A DNA stretch of 38,506 nucleotides, from NCBI RefSeq assembly GCF_001194135.2, contig NC_068984.1, positions 6,822,906 to 6,861,411 on the forward strand, read 5' to 3'. This DNA comes from Octopus bimaculoides (taxonomy: Eukaryota). Every line of letters starts with the position of its first letter. The first letter of the stretch is position 1. The notes under the pieces are model-generated. The model was not told where the DNA came from and did not search any database. It saw nothing but the letters and a program-made list of their open reading frames with translations. A program made the position numbers and the translations under genes. This document shows, in pieces, positions 11,979 to 23,125 of this stretch.

Positions 11979-12434
11979 ACACTGAAGCATTTAACGTCGG
12001 TTCATTTTCCTTTTATTTTGATCTATGTTGCCGTCCACACATGACATACAGAATTACACGTCTATATCTTTACATCGCCTGGTCTCCATATGCTGTATAC
12101 AATACCATATAGAGTTTTCGTCTCGTTTGTCGAATAATCAACACTGACTTCAAATACCAGTCAAGATGTTAAACTTCAAACTTCAATCGGCGAATTAAAT
12201 TTGTGTTTGATGAGTAATAGTGAGTAATGGTGAGTAATGTTTTATATTTAACGATTATTCCCTGTAGATTAACCAGATTGTTCTGTTTGTGTGCAAATAA
12301 TAACAAGGTTACAACTCATAATATTTGAACGAAGACAAGACACAATTTCTTTTAATTTAGCTTTACAGATGTCAATGTAATGTTTGTTAATAAGATATCG
12401 TATTTGACAGGAAATAATGTTGGTGCCAACTTAC

Positions 12435-12536
12435 TTCGCAGAAGAAATATTTTTCAAGGTTTTTCTACTTAAAAACACATAACTTAATACCATAATATAT
12501 TTCTCTGCTGTCGCAATTCCCTCAACTATCAATTCT
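12435..12536 (-). other. Candidate internal exon (102 nt, phase 2-2; ELIVEGIATAEKYIMVLSYVFLSRKTLKNISSA)
   Basis: Minus-strand acceptor ttgtctttaatcgcag|, consensus donor |gtaagt, length divisible by 3, one open frame. No homology recognised. Confidence 0.25.
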
Positions 12537-12989
12537 CTGCGATTAAAGACAACCTCCCACTCCATTGAGCTTGGTTTCGGTAGAAAATTGATACTTGCTC
12601 TGGAGCATTTAAGAATTTATAGGTTTTGTCCAGTCAGACGTGAAGAACAAATAAGGTAGTGACCTCTAGTGCTGAATTTATGCAGAAGCTGTCGAAGGAA
12701 ATTTTCTCTAACACCATTTACTACAACTTGTCTGTTTTCTATACAACGTGATTTTTGGAGGTTTAGCTATCAGACCAATAATTATAACTCATCATCGTTT
12801 ATTAATTACAACCCTCATTATTAATGTTTATTAATGTGGAATTAGACTATATTTATGTTGCTATTCGTGTTGTTGTTCTTGGAGTATTTAACTAGAACTT
12901 TTTTCCATGAATTGTGGAAAATCTCTAACCTGAAATTGATAAAATATTATAAATCTAATTAATTAACTTCATTAAGGTAGCAACTTATT

Positions 12990-13330
12990 AGAATCACTAG
13001 ATCATCGGATAAAATACTAAGTGATACTTGTTTCGGCTTACTGCGCTCCAAGTTCAAATCCCATCGAGATCGATTTTTGCATTTCGTAATTTCGAAGTCG
13101 ATAAAAACGGGTGGTAGATCGGCGTAACTGTAAGAACAAAATCTGTGTTTCGGCTCTTTGCTTTCTGAGCTCAAATCTTGCCAAGGTCAGCTTTGTTTTT
13201 CCTTCTTTCGGGATCAATAATAAAAAGGGAAGCTCCAGAAAAGGGGGTTGGCGGAGCTGTATGAAAATGGGCCGGATAGTTTTGCGATGTTAGTTACGGC
13301 TGTTTGCGTTCTGAGTTCAAATCTTGCCAC
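12990..13330 (+). mobile_element. Cluster of three highly decayed SINE family B fragments
   Basis: Three successive B-box-like segments: caagttcaaatccc (about 13050), ctgagctcaaatcttgcca (about 13165) and ctgagttcaaatcttgcca (about 13312). The first two are followed by family-B body motifs (gtcgataaaa; ctttcgggatcaataa). Confidence 0.6.
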
Positions 13331-13450
13331 GGCATACACGGATTGTGGACTCAGTCAACCGGTTTAGTACCGACACTTGGTCTTTGGGTGACTTCACCGG
13401 AGTCCATGCAATTGCAAGCATTTTGTCCTAGTCATCGACTTGAGTATCCC

Positions 13451-13494
<44 letters not shown>

Positions 13495-13780
13495 TCCCTC
13501 TCTTCCACCAGTTTCATGGGGCTCGTAATGGGTCACAGGTACTGCATTTCCACCCGACTAAAAGAGAAACATATCCAATCATTTATTCAATCAGCCTCGT
13601 ATCTTATAATTCTAACTTAGCACTGTAAGTTCTTCACACACGCATTTCCCAAATTCCCAAATGAGGCAGCTTCTGCCCCAATGGTTCTCAACCATTTTCT
13701 TCTTTTTTTTACCTGTGAAACTATTTGATTCCAGTTTTGCTCAGAAAACCATTTGTTGTTTCAAAACTCCTGGTATATTT

Positions 13781-14153
13781 CTCTTACTTGTTTCAATCAT
13801 TTCACTGCAGCGATGCTCCAGCATCGCCTGAAATGGTTTTTAGTCGAAGAAATCGACCCCAGGACTCGTTCTTTGTAAGCCTAGTACTTATTCTACCGGT
13901 CGCTTAGGCCGAAACACTAACTTACAGGGATGTAAACACACCAACATCGGTTTTTCAAGCGATGGTCGAGTGGTAAACACACACGCACACACGGCAGGTT
14001 TCGTTCAGTTTCCGTCTATCGAATCCGCTCACAAGGTTTTGGTCTGCGCAAGGCTATCGTAAAAAAAACTCTTACCCAATGTGCCACGCAGTGGGACTGA
14101 ACCTGGAGTCACGTGGTTGGGAAGCAAGCTTCTTACTACACAGCCATGCCTCC
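13781..14153 (-). mobile_element. SINE family A, near full length, diverged
   Basis: The minus strand begins with a tRNA-like head (A box tggctgtgtagt, B box ggttcagtcc), followed by the full body and the A-rich tail. Confidence 0.9.
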
Positions 14154-14234
14154 ATGTTTCTAATGACATATTATTAGGAATTGTTTAAAAAGAAATTGCT
14201 AAACTATTTTGTGCATTGTAGACGTATAGCTTTA

Positions 14235-14400
14235 ACTCTTTTATTTGTTTCGGTCATTTGACTCCGGCCATGCTGGAGCACCGCTTTTAGTCGAACAAAT
14301 CGATCCCAGCACTTATTATTTCTAAGCCTAGTACTTGTTTTATCGATATTTTTTCCCGAACCGCTAAGTTACCGGAACGTAAGTACACCAACATCGATTG
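14235..14400 (-). mobile_element. SINE family A 3' part
   Basis: tcatttgactccggccatgctggagcaccgc...ccaacatcgattg. It ends exactly where the 14401 palindrome begins. Confidence 0.9.
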
Positions 14401-14664
14401 ACAATGCGAAGTAAATGTAAGGCAAATCATAAGAAAACAAATATATGAATTAATGTAGACTTACCTTGTATTCAATATTTCGGGGTTATGATCCCATTTT
14501 CAAGAAATTAATGAATGTTACTGATATGCACACACTCACATCGGCAACATTCGTTAGTTTCTTGAAAATGGGGTCATAACCCCGAAATATTGAATGCAAG
14601 GTAAATCTACTTTAATTCAGTTATTTGTTATCTTGTGATTTGCGTTGCATTTACTTCGCATTGT
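14401..14664. repeat. Long palindrome/foldback: 128 bp arms, 8 nt loop
   Basis: 14401-14528 versus the reverse complement of 14537-14664 align without gaps at 113/128 identity (hand alignment). Confidence 0.92.
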
Positions 14665-14970
14665 TTTGGCTTTACCCACGATCCTTTATACAATATATTC
14701 TACACAATGCTTCATAGTAATTATTCCATATATATATATNNNNNNNNNNNNNNNNNNNNNNNNNNNNNNNNNNNNNNNNNNNNNNNNNNNNNNNNNNNNN
14801 NNNNNNNNNNNNNNNNNNNNNNNNNNNNNNNNNNNNNNNNNNNNNNNNNNNNNNNNNNNNNNNNNNNNNNNNNNNNNNNNNNNNNNNNNNNNNNNNNNNN
14901 NNNNNNNNNNNNNNNNNNNNNNNNNNNNNNNNNNNNNNNNNNNNNNNNNNNNNNNNNNNNNNNNNNNNNA

Positions 14971-15435
14971 GTAGCGCATGAGAAAGTAAGGAGGGATGTC
15001 AAGAAGGGCATCGCTGTTGCACTTCCAGACGGTACGGGTCTTCCCATGATGCTGACATGCAGTGTCTGTCCAAGACCCTGCCTCAGTAAAGCTGGACTCA
15101 AAAGTCATCTTCGTAGTCATAAAGCGAAACCGATGATTGACAACCAGGCCGCTGGTGGTCGTGGTGGTGGTGCTACACACCATACTAATCATATCTGTCA
15201 GACATGTGGAAGGGAGTGTAATTCGGCGGGAGGACTTAAACGAAATGCAAAGTTACAGGAAGCTCAATTACAACTACAGCCGCTAGCTATTGCCAGTAAA
15301 GGCTTTAGCTGCCAATTTTGTACAAGACATTGTCGATCTTTATAGCTGGGCTAAAAATTCACGTTCGATCACAGCACCGTTAACTGTTAAGCCACGTGCA
15401 ATGGCCATACTCGATAACGAGGGAGCAGCCATCAT
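14971..15435 (+). mobile_element. 3' end of an RTE-like LINE with three C2H2 zinc-finger-like motifs
   Basis: CSVCPRPCLSKAGLKSHLRSH; CQTCGRECNSAGGLKRNAK (degenerate); CQFCTRHCRS.AGLKIHVRSQH (across a frameshift). A short 3' UTR follows (gccatactcgataacgagggagcagccatcat). The 5' part is lost in the gap. Confidence 0.65.
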
Positions 15436-15801
15436 GCATTTTCTTTACAAGAATTTACAAACTTTCGAAGCATTTTCTTTTTTCTTTCTTTTTGTGGTCG
15501 GGGATTTGGAATTAGTTCTCGAGTTATATATGAAGCTATAAATAAAAACATGTAAATGTACTCCAAAAATCAATTCCAAAAAAGAATTATTCCACATTCG
15601 CTCGAAATTTTATTAATTCTTCTGACGTCAGCAACACACAATTCTCCATGGTAGGAATAAAGTTTCTAAAACGTATAGAGAATTTCGACTAATTGTTTTG
15701 ATCCAATGCTAGAAACGCTTCTCATATTTACACGAGATGTACTTTCAAGTCCTACGAGTGCCTTCGATTTTTTTCAATCTAAAAGTGATTTGCAACCCAA
15801 A

Positions 15802-16008
15802 ATTCTTTGAAAGCCTAATACTTATTTTATCGATCTCTTTTGCCGATGAGCTTCCTTCAGTTTTCATCTACCAAATTCACTCACAAGGCTTTGGTCGGCT
15901 ATTGGCTATAGTAGAAGACACTTGTACAAGGTGCCACGTAATGGGACTGAACCCGGAAGCAGGTGGTTGGGAAGCAAGCTTCTTACGACACAGCTACTCC
16001 TGCGCCTA
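15802..16008 (-). mobile_element. SINE family A, internally deleted
   Basis: Head (reverse complement aggcgcaggagtagctgtgtcgtaag) and body are present. cttttgccga is joined directly to gcttccttcagttt, skipping about 100 bp. Confidence 0.88.
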
Positions 16009-16137
16009 TGATTCTTTTAAAAAATTGATTCTGAAACACACACACACACACACACAAACACAAACACACACACACACAAACACAAACACACACACACAAA
16101 AACACAAACACACACACATACATTCTATATAAATATA

Positions 16138-16173
16138 TAGGCGCAACAGTGACCGGGTGGTAAGTACCTTGCT
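16138..16173 (+). mobile_element. SINE family A head running into the gap
   Basis: taggcgcaacagtgaccgggtggtaagtaccttgct resembles the head aggcgcaggagtggccgtgtggtaagtagtttgct (reverse complement of the 36514-36969 copy). Confidence 0.65.
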
Positions 16174-16631
16174 NNNNNNNNNNNNNNNNNNNNNNNNNNN
16201 NNNNNNNNNNNNNNNNNNNNNNNNNNNNNNNNNNNNNNNNNNNNNNNNNNNNNNNNNNNNNNNNNNNNNNNNNNNNNNNNNNNNNNNNNNNNNNNNNNNN
16301 NNNNNNNNNNNNNNNNNNNNNNNNNNNNNNNNNNNNNNNNNNNNNNNNNNNNNNNNNNNNNNNNNNNNNNNNNNNNNNNNNNNNNNNNNNNNNNNNNNNN
16401 NNNNNNNNNNNNNNNNNNNNNNNNNNNNNNNNNNNNNNNNNNNNNNNNNNNNNNNNNNNNNNNNNNNNNNNNNNNNNNNNNNNNNNNNNNNNNNNNNNNN
16501 NNNNNNNNNNNNNNNNNNNNNNNNNNNNNNNNNNNNNNNNNNNNNNNNNNNNNNNNNNNNNNNNNNNNNNNNNNNNNNNNNNNNNNNNNNNNNNNNNNNN
16601 NNNNNNNNNNNNNNNNNNNTATATATATATT

Positions 16632-16663
<32 letters not shown>

Positions 16664-17067
16664 CAGCACGCACACACACAGACACACAGAGTCTTTGAAA
16701 GAGAGTGCAAGCTGGAGTTCAAATATGGTTTCTTTTACGTGAGAGCGACATAAAACTCAACAGACTGACTACGTTGGAAGTTATGATATCTTGCTATCAT
16801 CTATCATTTATAGAACATTGTTAGAATACTGTAGATGGTTTATGTGGTATTTCTGCAGATGTGGCGTCACATTTAATTTCGATTGTATTAGAAGACTCGG
16901 CTGGAGATTTGAATGCAGCCAGAACGGAATCCGATCAAGTTAACCAAGTGTTCTCGTTAGTTCCTTACACCGTCATTGAAACTTGGAGAAAAACTCCAGA
17001 AGGGAGAAGGAGTGAAAGATAATACTTGGACATATCAACAGTTATGGATCGGTTGGTGTTGTCTTAC

Positions 17068-17098
<31 letters not shown>

Positions 17099-17211
17099 TG
17101 GTGTGTGTGCGTGTGTACGTGCTGGGGAAGCGCGGAGGTGAGTTGTTTATTGTGCAAATTGAAATAAATATCTACCAACTGGTATCACCACCAACAACAT
17201 TAGCAGCATTT

Positions 17212-17232
17212 CTGCTGCTGCTGCTGCTGCTG

Positions 17233-17289
<57 letters not shown>
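17212..17289 (+). repeat. Compound trinucleotide repeat (CTG)n to (CTA)n
   Basis: Directly visible. Confidence 0.95.
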
Positions 17290-17383
17290 GAATTCATAAA
17301 GAAAATAGTATCGATATCTTCCACTATCATAGTTATCTTTTGCAGATATATGAATGCCCTTTCGTATGTGCATGTATGTACGC

Positions 17384-17460
<77 letters not shown>

Positions 17461-17971
17461 AATCTGTGTGTGTGCATATATCTACACGCATTCTTGCATA
17501 TATGTACACACACACACACACACACAAATATATATATATATATATATACACAAATGCATTTGTGCATACGTATAGATGTATAGTTTTTCAGTAACGAAAA
17601 CTTCAACTTATACAATATGACACTAGTAACCGCAACAGCAACGTCAACTACACCATCATTAGCTCCACCACCACCACCACCACCACCACCACCACCACCA
17701 GTATCGGGGATGGGTGGGCTGTGTTGGCGGTGCCTGCAAGAACAATAAAAGTCAACAATACAAACAAAACGTATCTTTATACTCGATCTGAGAATTCCTC
17801 TCAACGGACCAATTTAAAGTCTGGTATATGTAACACTGAGAACGAATTCATATGCAAACTTTGTCTGTAGGCCATATATACATATGTATGGAAATATACG
17901 CCAAAATACGCATCCATGGAAGTATGCGTGAATATATAAATATAGTTTGAATATATATACTGTATATGTAT

Positions 17972-18003
<32 letters not shown>

Positions 18004-18020
18004 GTACGTATATTTCTATT

Positions 18021-18362
18021 CTTTTATTCTTTTACTTCTTTCAGTCATTTGACTGCGGCCATGCTGGAACACTGCCTTCAACGAACAAATCGACTCCAGC
18101 ACTTATTCTTTGCAAGGCTAGTACTTATTCTATCGATGTCTTTCACCGAGACGCTAAGTTACGAGGACGTCAACACGCCAAGATCGGTTGTCAAGCAATG
18201 ATGTGGGGACAAAACACAAACACACAAATATATACATAAATACATACATATATATACACAGAGACACAGACACACACACAAACACGGACACAGACACCCC
18301 CCTCCCCACACACACAAAAACACACACACACAAAAACACACACACACACAAAAACACACACA
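18021..18362 (-). mobile_element. SINE family A 3' half with an expanded internal (CA)-rich tract
   Basis: tcagtcatttgactgcggccatgctgg...ggttgtcaagcaatgatgtggggacaaa, followed by about 140 bp of CA/TA repeats. The head is missing. Confidence 0.85.
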
Positions 18363-18363
18363 T

Positions 18364-18580
18364 ATACAGTTCTGCATTTAATAGATGAGGAATTATGTAG
18401 ATTATTTACATTATTTAGTAATAATAATAACATCGAAAAATGCCTTAGGGATGAGAACCCAGGTTTGAAATTTCCCCAAGTCATCTGATGAAGGGTTGAG
18501 GGTATATCAGCCGATAAGTTGTGTTAACAACAAACAACATGAGGACAAATATCCGTGAAATGTACATAATGTAAATAATG

Positions 18581-18582
<2 letters not shown>
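18364..18582 (+). mobile_element. Penelope-like repeat with a degenerate minimal hammerhead (18478-18525) and inverted end
   Basis: ctgatga-a-gggttg-agggtatat-cagcc-gata-a-gtt-gtgtt. The left end attatttacatta (18401-18413) is the reverse complement of taatgtaaataat (18567-18579). Confidence 0.6.
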
Positions 18583-18624
<42 letters not shown>

Positions 18625-18654
18625 GTCTGTGTGTGTATGCATGTNNNNNNNNNN

Positions 18655-18698
<44 letters not shown>

Positions 18699-19319
18699 GC
18701 ACACGTAACAAATGAGTTAAATGCGCAAACAACGAGAGAGAAAATCGCAAACAAGACAAGTAAACATAGAGAACGACCCTTCATCAGTTGTCGGCTGTCT
18801 ATTTACTCCTCGTTCCGAGCATTCAATGACAATATGAGTCGTCAAAGACAGTTGCTCCCATATATATATAGGATAAAATCTATTTAAGAATTTATCAAGT
18901 AGTCAGCGTGAAAACCATATACGGGAAAAAAATTATAATTATTCCCTTTAAATACATTTATTATATTAAGGGCATTACTACACGTAAATGCCTCACGCTG
19001 TGAGGGACTCTCAAAGTGAAAACTATCATAATAAATATACAGTGTACCGACAGCGATGTAAATATGTAGCATCTATATGCACTTATCTATGCGTATATAG
19101 TTGTATCTAGTTTATTCTTGCTTTAATTATTTGAATTCTTCCTCGAAATAACGAGCTGGTTCTTAACAAACAAACAAAAGCCCTCTCCCTGCAATTTAGA
19201 TAAAATAAAACGAAGTTATACATTGATCTGAATATTTTTACTGTTTCACTTACAGATTGTATTTTCTAAAACTGTTGGATGCTTATTTTCTTTCTATCTG
19301 AACGCCTCGGCTTTTCCAG

Positions 19320-19349
19320 ATTGCAACTAATGCAGATACACCTATGCAG
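19320..19349 (+). other. Candidate 30-nt microexon (IATNADTPMQ or LQLMQIHLC)
   Basis: Long pyrimidine tract ttattttctttctatctgaacgcctcggcttttccag|, 30 nt, then CAG|gtatgt. Frame-preserving. Confidence 0.35.
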
Positions 19350-19375
19350 GTATGTATGTGTATATATCTATGCAC

Positions 19376-19461
19376 GGAATTTGAACTCAGAGCGTAAAGG
19401 CGGATTAAATGCCGCTAAGCATTTCGCCCGGCGTGCTAACGCTTCTGCCGGCTCGCTGCCT
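19376..19461 (-). mobile_element. SINE family B 5' head
   Basis: Reverse complement is ggcagcgagccggcagaagcgttagcacgccgggcgaaatgcttagcggcattt...gagttcaaatt. Confidence 0.88.
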
Positions 19462-20001
19462 TCTTTTGCTTTAATGCTACTAAAAGGTGCCAGACAGAAA
19501 TATATCTTCCTTCCGTAATTTGTTCCCCATCTGAGTCAACTATTCTTTTCATCCTTTTTTTAAAAAAATATTTTTAATATAACTACAAAATTAGCATCGA
19601 CTCTGTCTGTCTGTCTGGTCTATCTCTCCCTGTCTCTGTCTGGTCTATCTCTCCCTCTCTCTCCCTCTCTCTTTCTTTCTTCTTGGAAGGAACCATCTGT
19701 GGGCGAACCCGAAGAGAGGTGGGCTCCTGCAGGTTTCGATCCGCGTGACACATCATATGTCACGATGCTGCCCCGGCGAATCTATCAGAAATTGGGAGCC
19801 CAAGGCAAATGTTGAAGCTAAACGCAAACTCCATCGATCTCACCAGTTCCCCTAGGCCCACGAAGGCAAGGGTTAAAACAGCCCCTCTTTGCCCATTAAC
19901 CCATAAGAAACCTTAATACTTTCAGACTATACAAAAGGAAAAGAAATCTAACAAACCAACCATTATTATTTCTACAGCATAACGAAAAGGTCATCGCTAT
20001 T

Positions 20002-20002
20002 T

Positions 20003-20036
<34 letters not shown>

Positions 20037-20063
20037 AACTACTACAACTACTACTACTACTGT

Positions 20064-20102
<39 letters not shown>

Positions 20103-20104
20103 CA
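20002..20104 (+). repeat. (CTA/CCA/ACA)n trinucleotide tract
   Basis: Directly visible. Confidence 0.9.
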
Positions 20105-20830
20105 CTTGCCTTTAACAATACTAATAGCAAAAATAAATTTTTTTAAATCAATAGTATCGCTATTTATTTATTTATTTATCTATTTATTCATTTATTTTCT
20201 TGGGGGAGCTCGAAAAGCTGGAATGCGATGTTGTTTCTTAGAAGTCAATAAAAACGAACAAATTTATAGCAGCTCTCATGTTCCCCGTTAGCTTCTGGTT
20301 AGCATCATCGAACACGGCTGAAACAGAGCGTCTGCATCAATTAGAATCGACACGGCCGACATGACACTTTGGCCTCACACAACCCACTAAACTGCTGGGG
20401 AAAATAAAATCAAGACGACAAACAAACAAGAGACAATAAAATACGAATAAAAAAGAATGTCTGGCTCACTAGGACAGCAGCAGACGGATTAAATGCTGTA
20501 CTTTTCAAGAAAACTTATTTCTATACTCACCGCTATCATTTTCATTTCATGTTCTGTTTAAACTACCTTTGGACATCATGCGCCTCATCCTCCGTTATTT
20601 CTCATTCTCTCACTACTCCTCGTTCTTCTCCACTTGCTTCGAATTTCCCCTGCTTCTGTCCATTGAGAATAAGAGAAGCTGCTTAATGCGTCACCAGAGA
20701 CAGAAATTATCGAAGTTAAATGCTATGTTTGTGTGTGTGAGTGTGTGTGTTTGTGTGTGTGTGTGTGTGTGTATGTTTGTGTGTGTTTGTGTGTGTGTGT
20801 GTGTGTGTATTTGTGTGTGTGTGTGTGTTA

Positions 20831-21193
20831 TTCTTTTCCTTGTTTCAGTCATTTGACTGCGGCCATGCTAGAGCACCGCCTTTAGTCGAACAAATCGATC
20901 CCAAGACTTATTCATTGTAAGTTTAGTACTTATTCGATCCGTCTCTTTCGCCGAACCGCTAGCTCACGTGGACGCAAACACTCCAACATCGGTTGTCAAG
21001 TGATGGTGGGGGGACAAACACAGATACATAAACACACACACACACACACATACGACGGGCTTCTTTCAGTTTCCGTCTACCAAATCCACTCACAAGGTTT
21101 TGGTCGGCCCGAGGCTATAGTAGAAGACACTTGCCCAAGGTGTCACGCAGTGGGACTGAACCCGGAACCTACCACATCGCCACTCCTGCGCCT
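20831..21193 (-). mobile_element. SINE family A, full length except about 28 bp missing from the head
   Basis: Complete tail-to-head match with the 36514 copy. cccggaacc is joined directly to taccacatcgccactcctgcgcct. Confidence 0.93.
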
Positions 21194-22205
21194 ATGATAT
21201 ATAAAATAAGATATATATAAATATAATATGATATATTATAATATAATATAAATATAATATGATAACAATATATATATATANNNNNNNNNNNNNNNNNNNN
21301 NNNNNNNNNNNNNNNNNNNNNNNNNNNNNNNNNNNNNNNNNNNNNNNNNNNNNNNNNNNNNNNNNNNNNNNNNNNNNNNNNNNNNNNNNNNNNNNNNNNN
21401 NNNNNNNNNNNNNNNNNNNNNNNNNNNNNNNNNNNNNNNNNNNNNNNNNNNNNNNNNNNNNNNNNNNNNNNNNNNNNNNNNNNNNNNNNNNNNNNNNNNN
21501 NNNNNNNNNNNNNNNNNNNNNNNNNNNNNNNNNNNNNNNNNNNNNNNNNNNNNNNNNNNNNNNNNNNNNNNNNNNNNNNNNNNNNNNNNNNNNNNNNNNN
21601 NNNNNNNNNNNNNNNNNNNNNNNNNNNNNNNNNNNNNNNNNNNNNNNNNNNNNNNNNNNNNNNNNNNNNNNNNNNNNNNNNNNNNNNNNNNNNNNNNNNN
21701 NNNNNNNNNNNNNNNNNNNNNNNNNNNNNNNNNNNNNNNNNNNNNNNNNNNNNNNNNNNNNNNNNNNNNNNNNNNNNNNNNNNNNNNNNNNNNNNNNNNN
21801 NNNNNNNNNNNNNNNNNNNNNNNNNNNNNNNNNNNNNNNNNNNNNNNNNNNNNNNNNNNNNNNNNNNNNNNNNNNNNNNNNNNNNNNNNNNNNNNNNNNN
21901 NNNNNNNNNNNNNNNNNNNNNNNNNNNNNNNNNNNNNNNNNNNNNNNNNNNNNNNNNNNNNNNNNNNNNNNNNNNNNNNNNNNNNNNNNNNNNNNNNNNN
22001 NNNNNNNNNNNNNNNNNNNNNNNNNNNNNNNNNNNNNNNNNNNNNNNNNNNNNNNNNNNNNNNNNNNNNNNNNNNNNNNNNNNNNNNNNNNNNNNNNNNN
22101 NNCATATTATATTATTTTATATTATATTATATTATATGATCGAACGCCACGCATCCATTTCAAAGTTTTATCTGAATAATAATAATAATAATATTATGTA
22201 AATAT

Positions 22206-22250
<45 letters not shown>

Positions 22251-22734
22251 GCGCAAATACACACGCATATATGTATAAAGCGAGGTACATATACATAGAT
22301 AAATTTAGGTATAAATATGAAAGCCGGAGTGTGTAGTCGAGTCTATTGATTTGTATAATTCTTGTGCTTCCGTTTGATGCTGTTTATGGTCTTCCTGGCA
22401 ACAACAGGAATTGTCACCTGGAGGATTGCTTCGAAAGAGAGAGAAAGAGAGGGAAAGGTTAAAGCACAGTTCACACACGCACCTACACAAACATGAATGC
22501 ACACAAACGCGCACACACGCACACAGACATAAAGAGACGTATAAAGATCCATACACCATCTTTCTTTCTTAAGAGTTTGCAGCTCAGATATATACATATG
22601 TATGTATGTATGTATGTATGTATGCATGCATGTATGTATGTATGTATGTATTATACACACACACATATATGTATTTATATTTGTATGAATGAATATGTAT
22701 ACATACATATATACATATACATAGGCATGTATAC

Positions 22735-22857
<123 letters not shown>

Positions 22858-23050
22858 CGTGTGAAGAGGGAAATGCTGTGGTAAATTGCCACGTGATCAC
22901 TTGTCACTTGTCCATCTCCTCTTACTGTCACACACACACACGCCTGCGCGCGCGCGCACGCCGGCAGTCACACACACACAACGTGTACGCATAAGCCGTA
23001 CATTTTTAGTTCCTCTTCCAGCTTGTGGCTTATCGTAATGAAGCACTCAC

Positions 23051-23125
23051 CAGTCTCGCCTTTTGTTCCGAAACGTCGGCCCAATATAAGCTGGCTGAAA
23101 GCAGACATGCGTTTAAAGGATCCAT
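23051..23125 (-). other. Candidate first coding exon in a CpG-rich patch (MDPLNACLLSASLYWADVSEQKARL)
   Basis: Kozak-like aatcATGG, 25 open codons and donor CTG|gtgagt. The surrounding 22940-23230 is locally CpG-rich. Confidence 0.2.

Noticed and set aside
16860-17030. Open frame VASHLISIVLEDSAGDLNAARTESDQ... with a GDLNA endonuclease-like motif
   Set aside because: A single short motif with no other APE residues around it is insufficient to call a LINE fragment or an exon.
17125-17145. Strong plus-strand donor GAG|GTGAGT as an exon end
   Set aside because: The upstream sequence is a (TG)n tract with no acceptor or promoter evidence.
18770-18800. CTGATGA on the minus strand (also at 34514, 36968 and about 38358) as hammerheads
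   Set aside because: No stem II followed by GAAA at a suitable distance.
19685-19895. GC-rich 210 bp island with small hairpins (cgtgaca/tgtcacg; tgggctcc/ggagccca) as a structured RNA or HDV-like ribozyme
   Set aside because: I could not build the nested double pseudoknot. It is more likely an unidentified retroelement fragment. Left unresolved.
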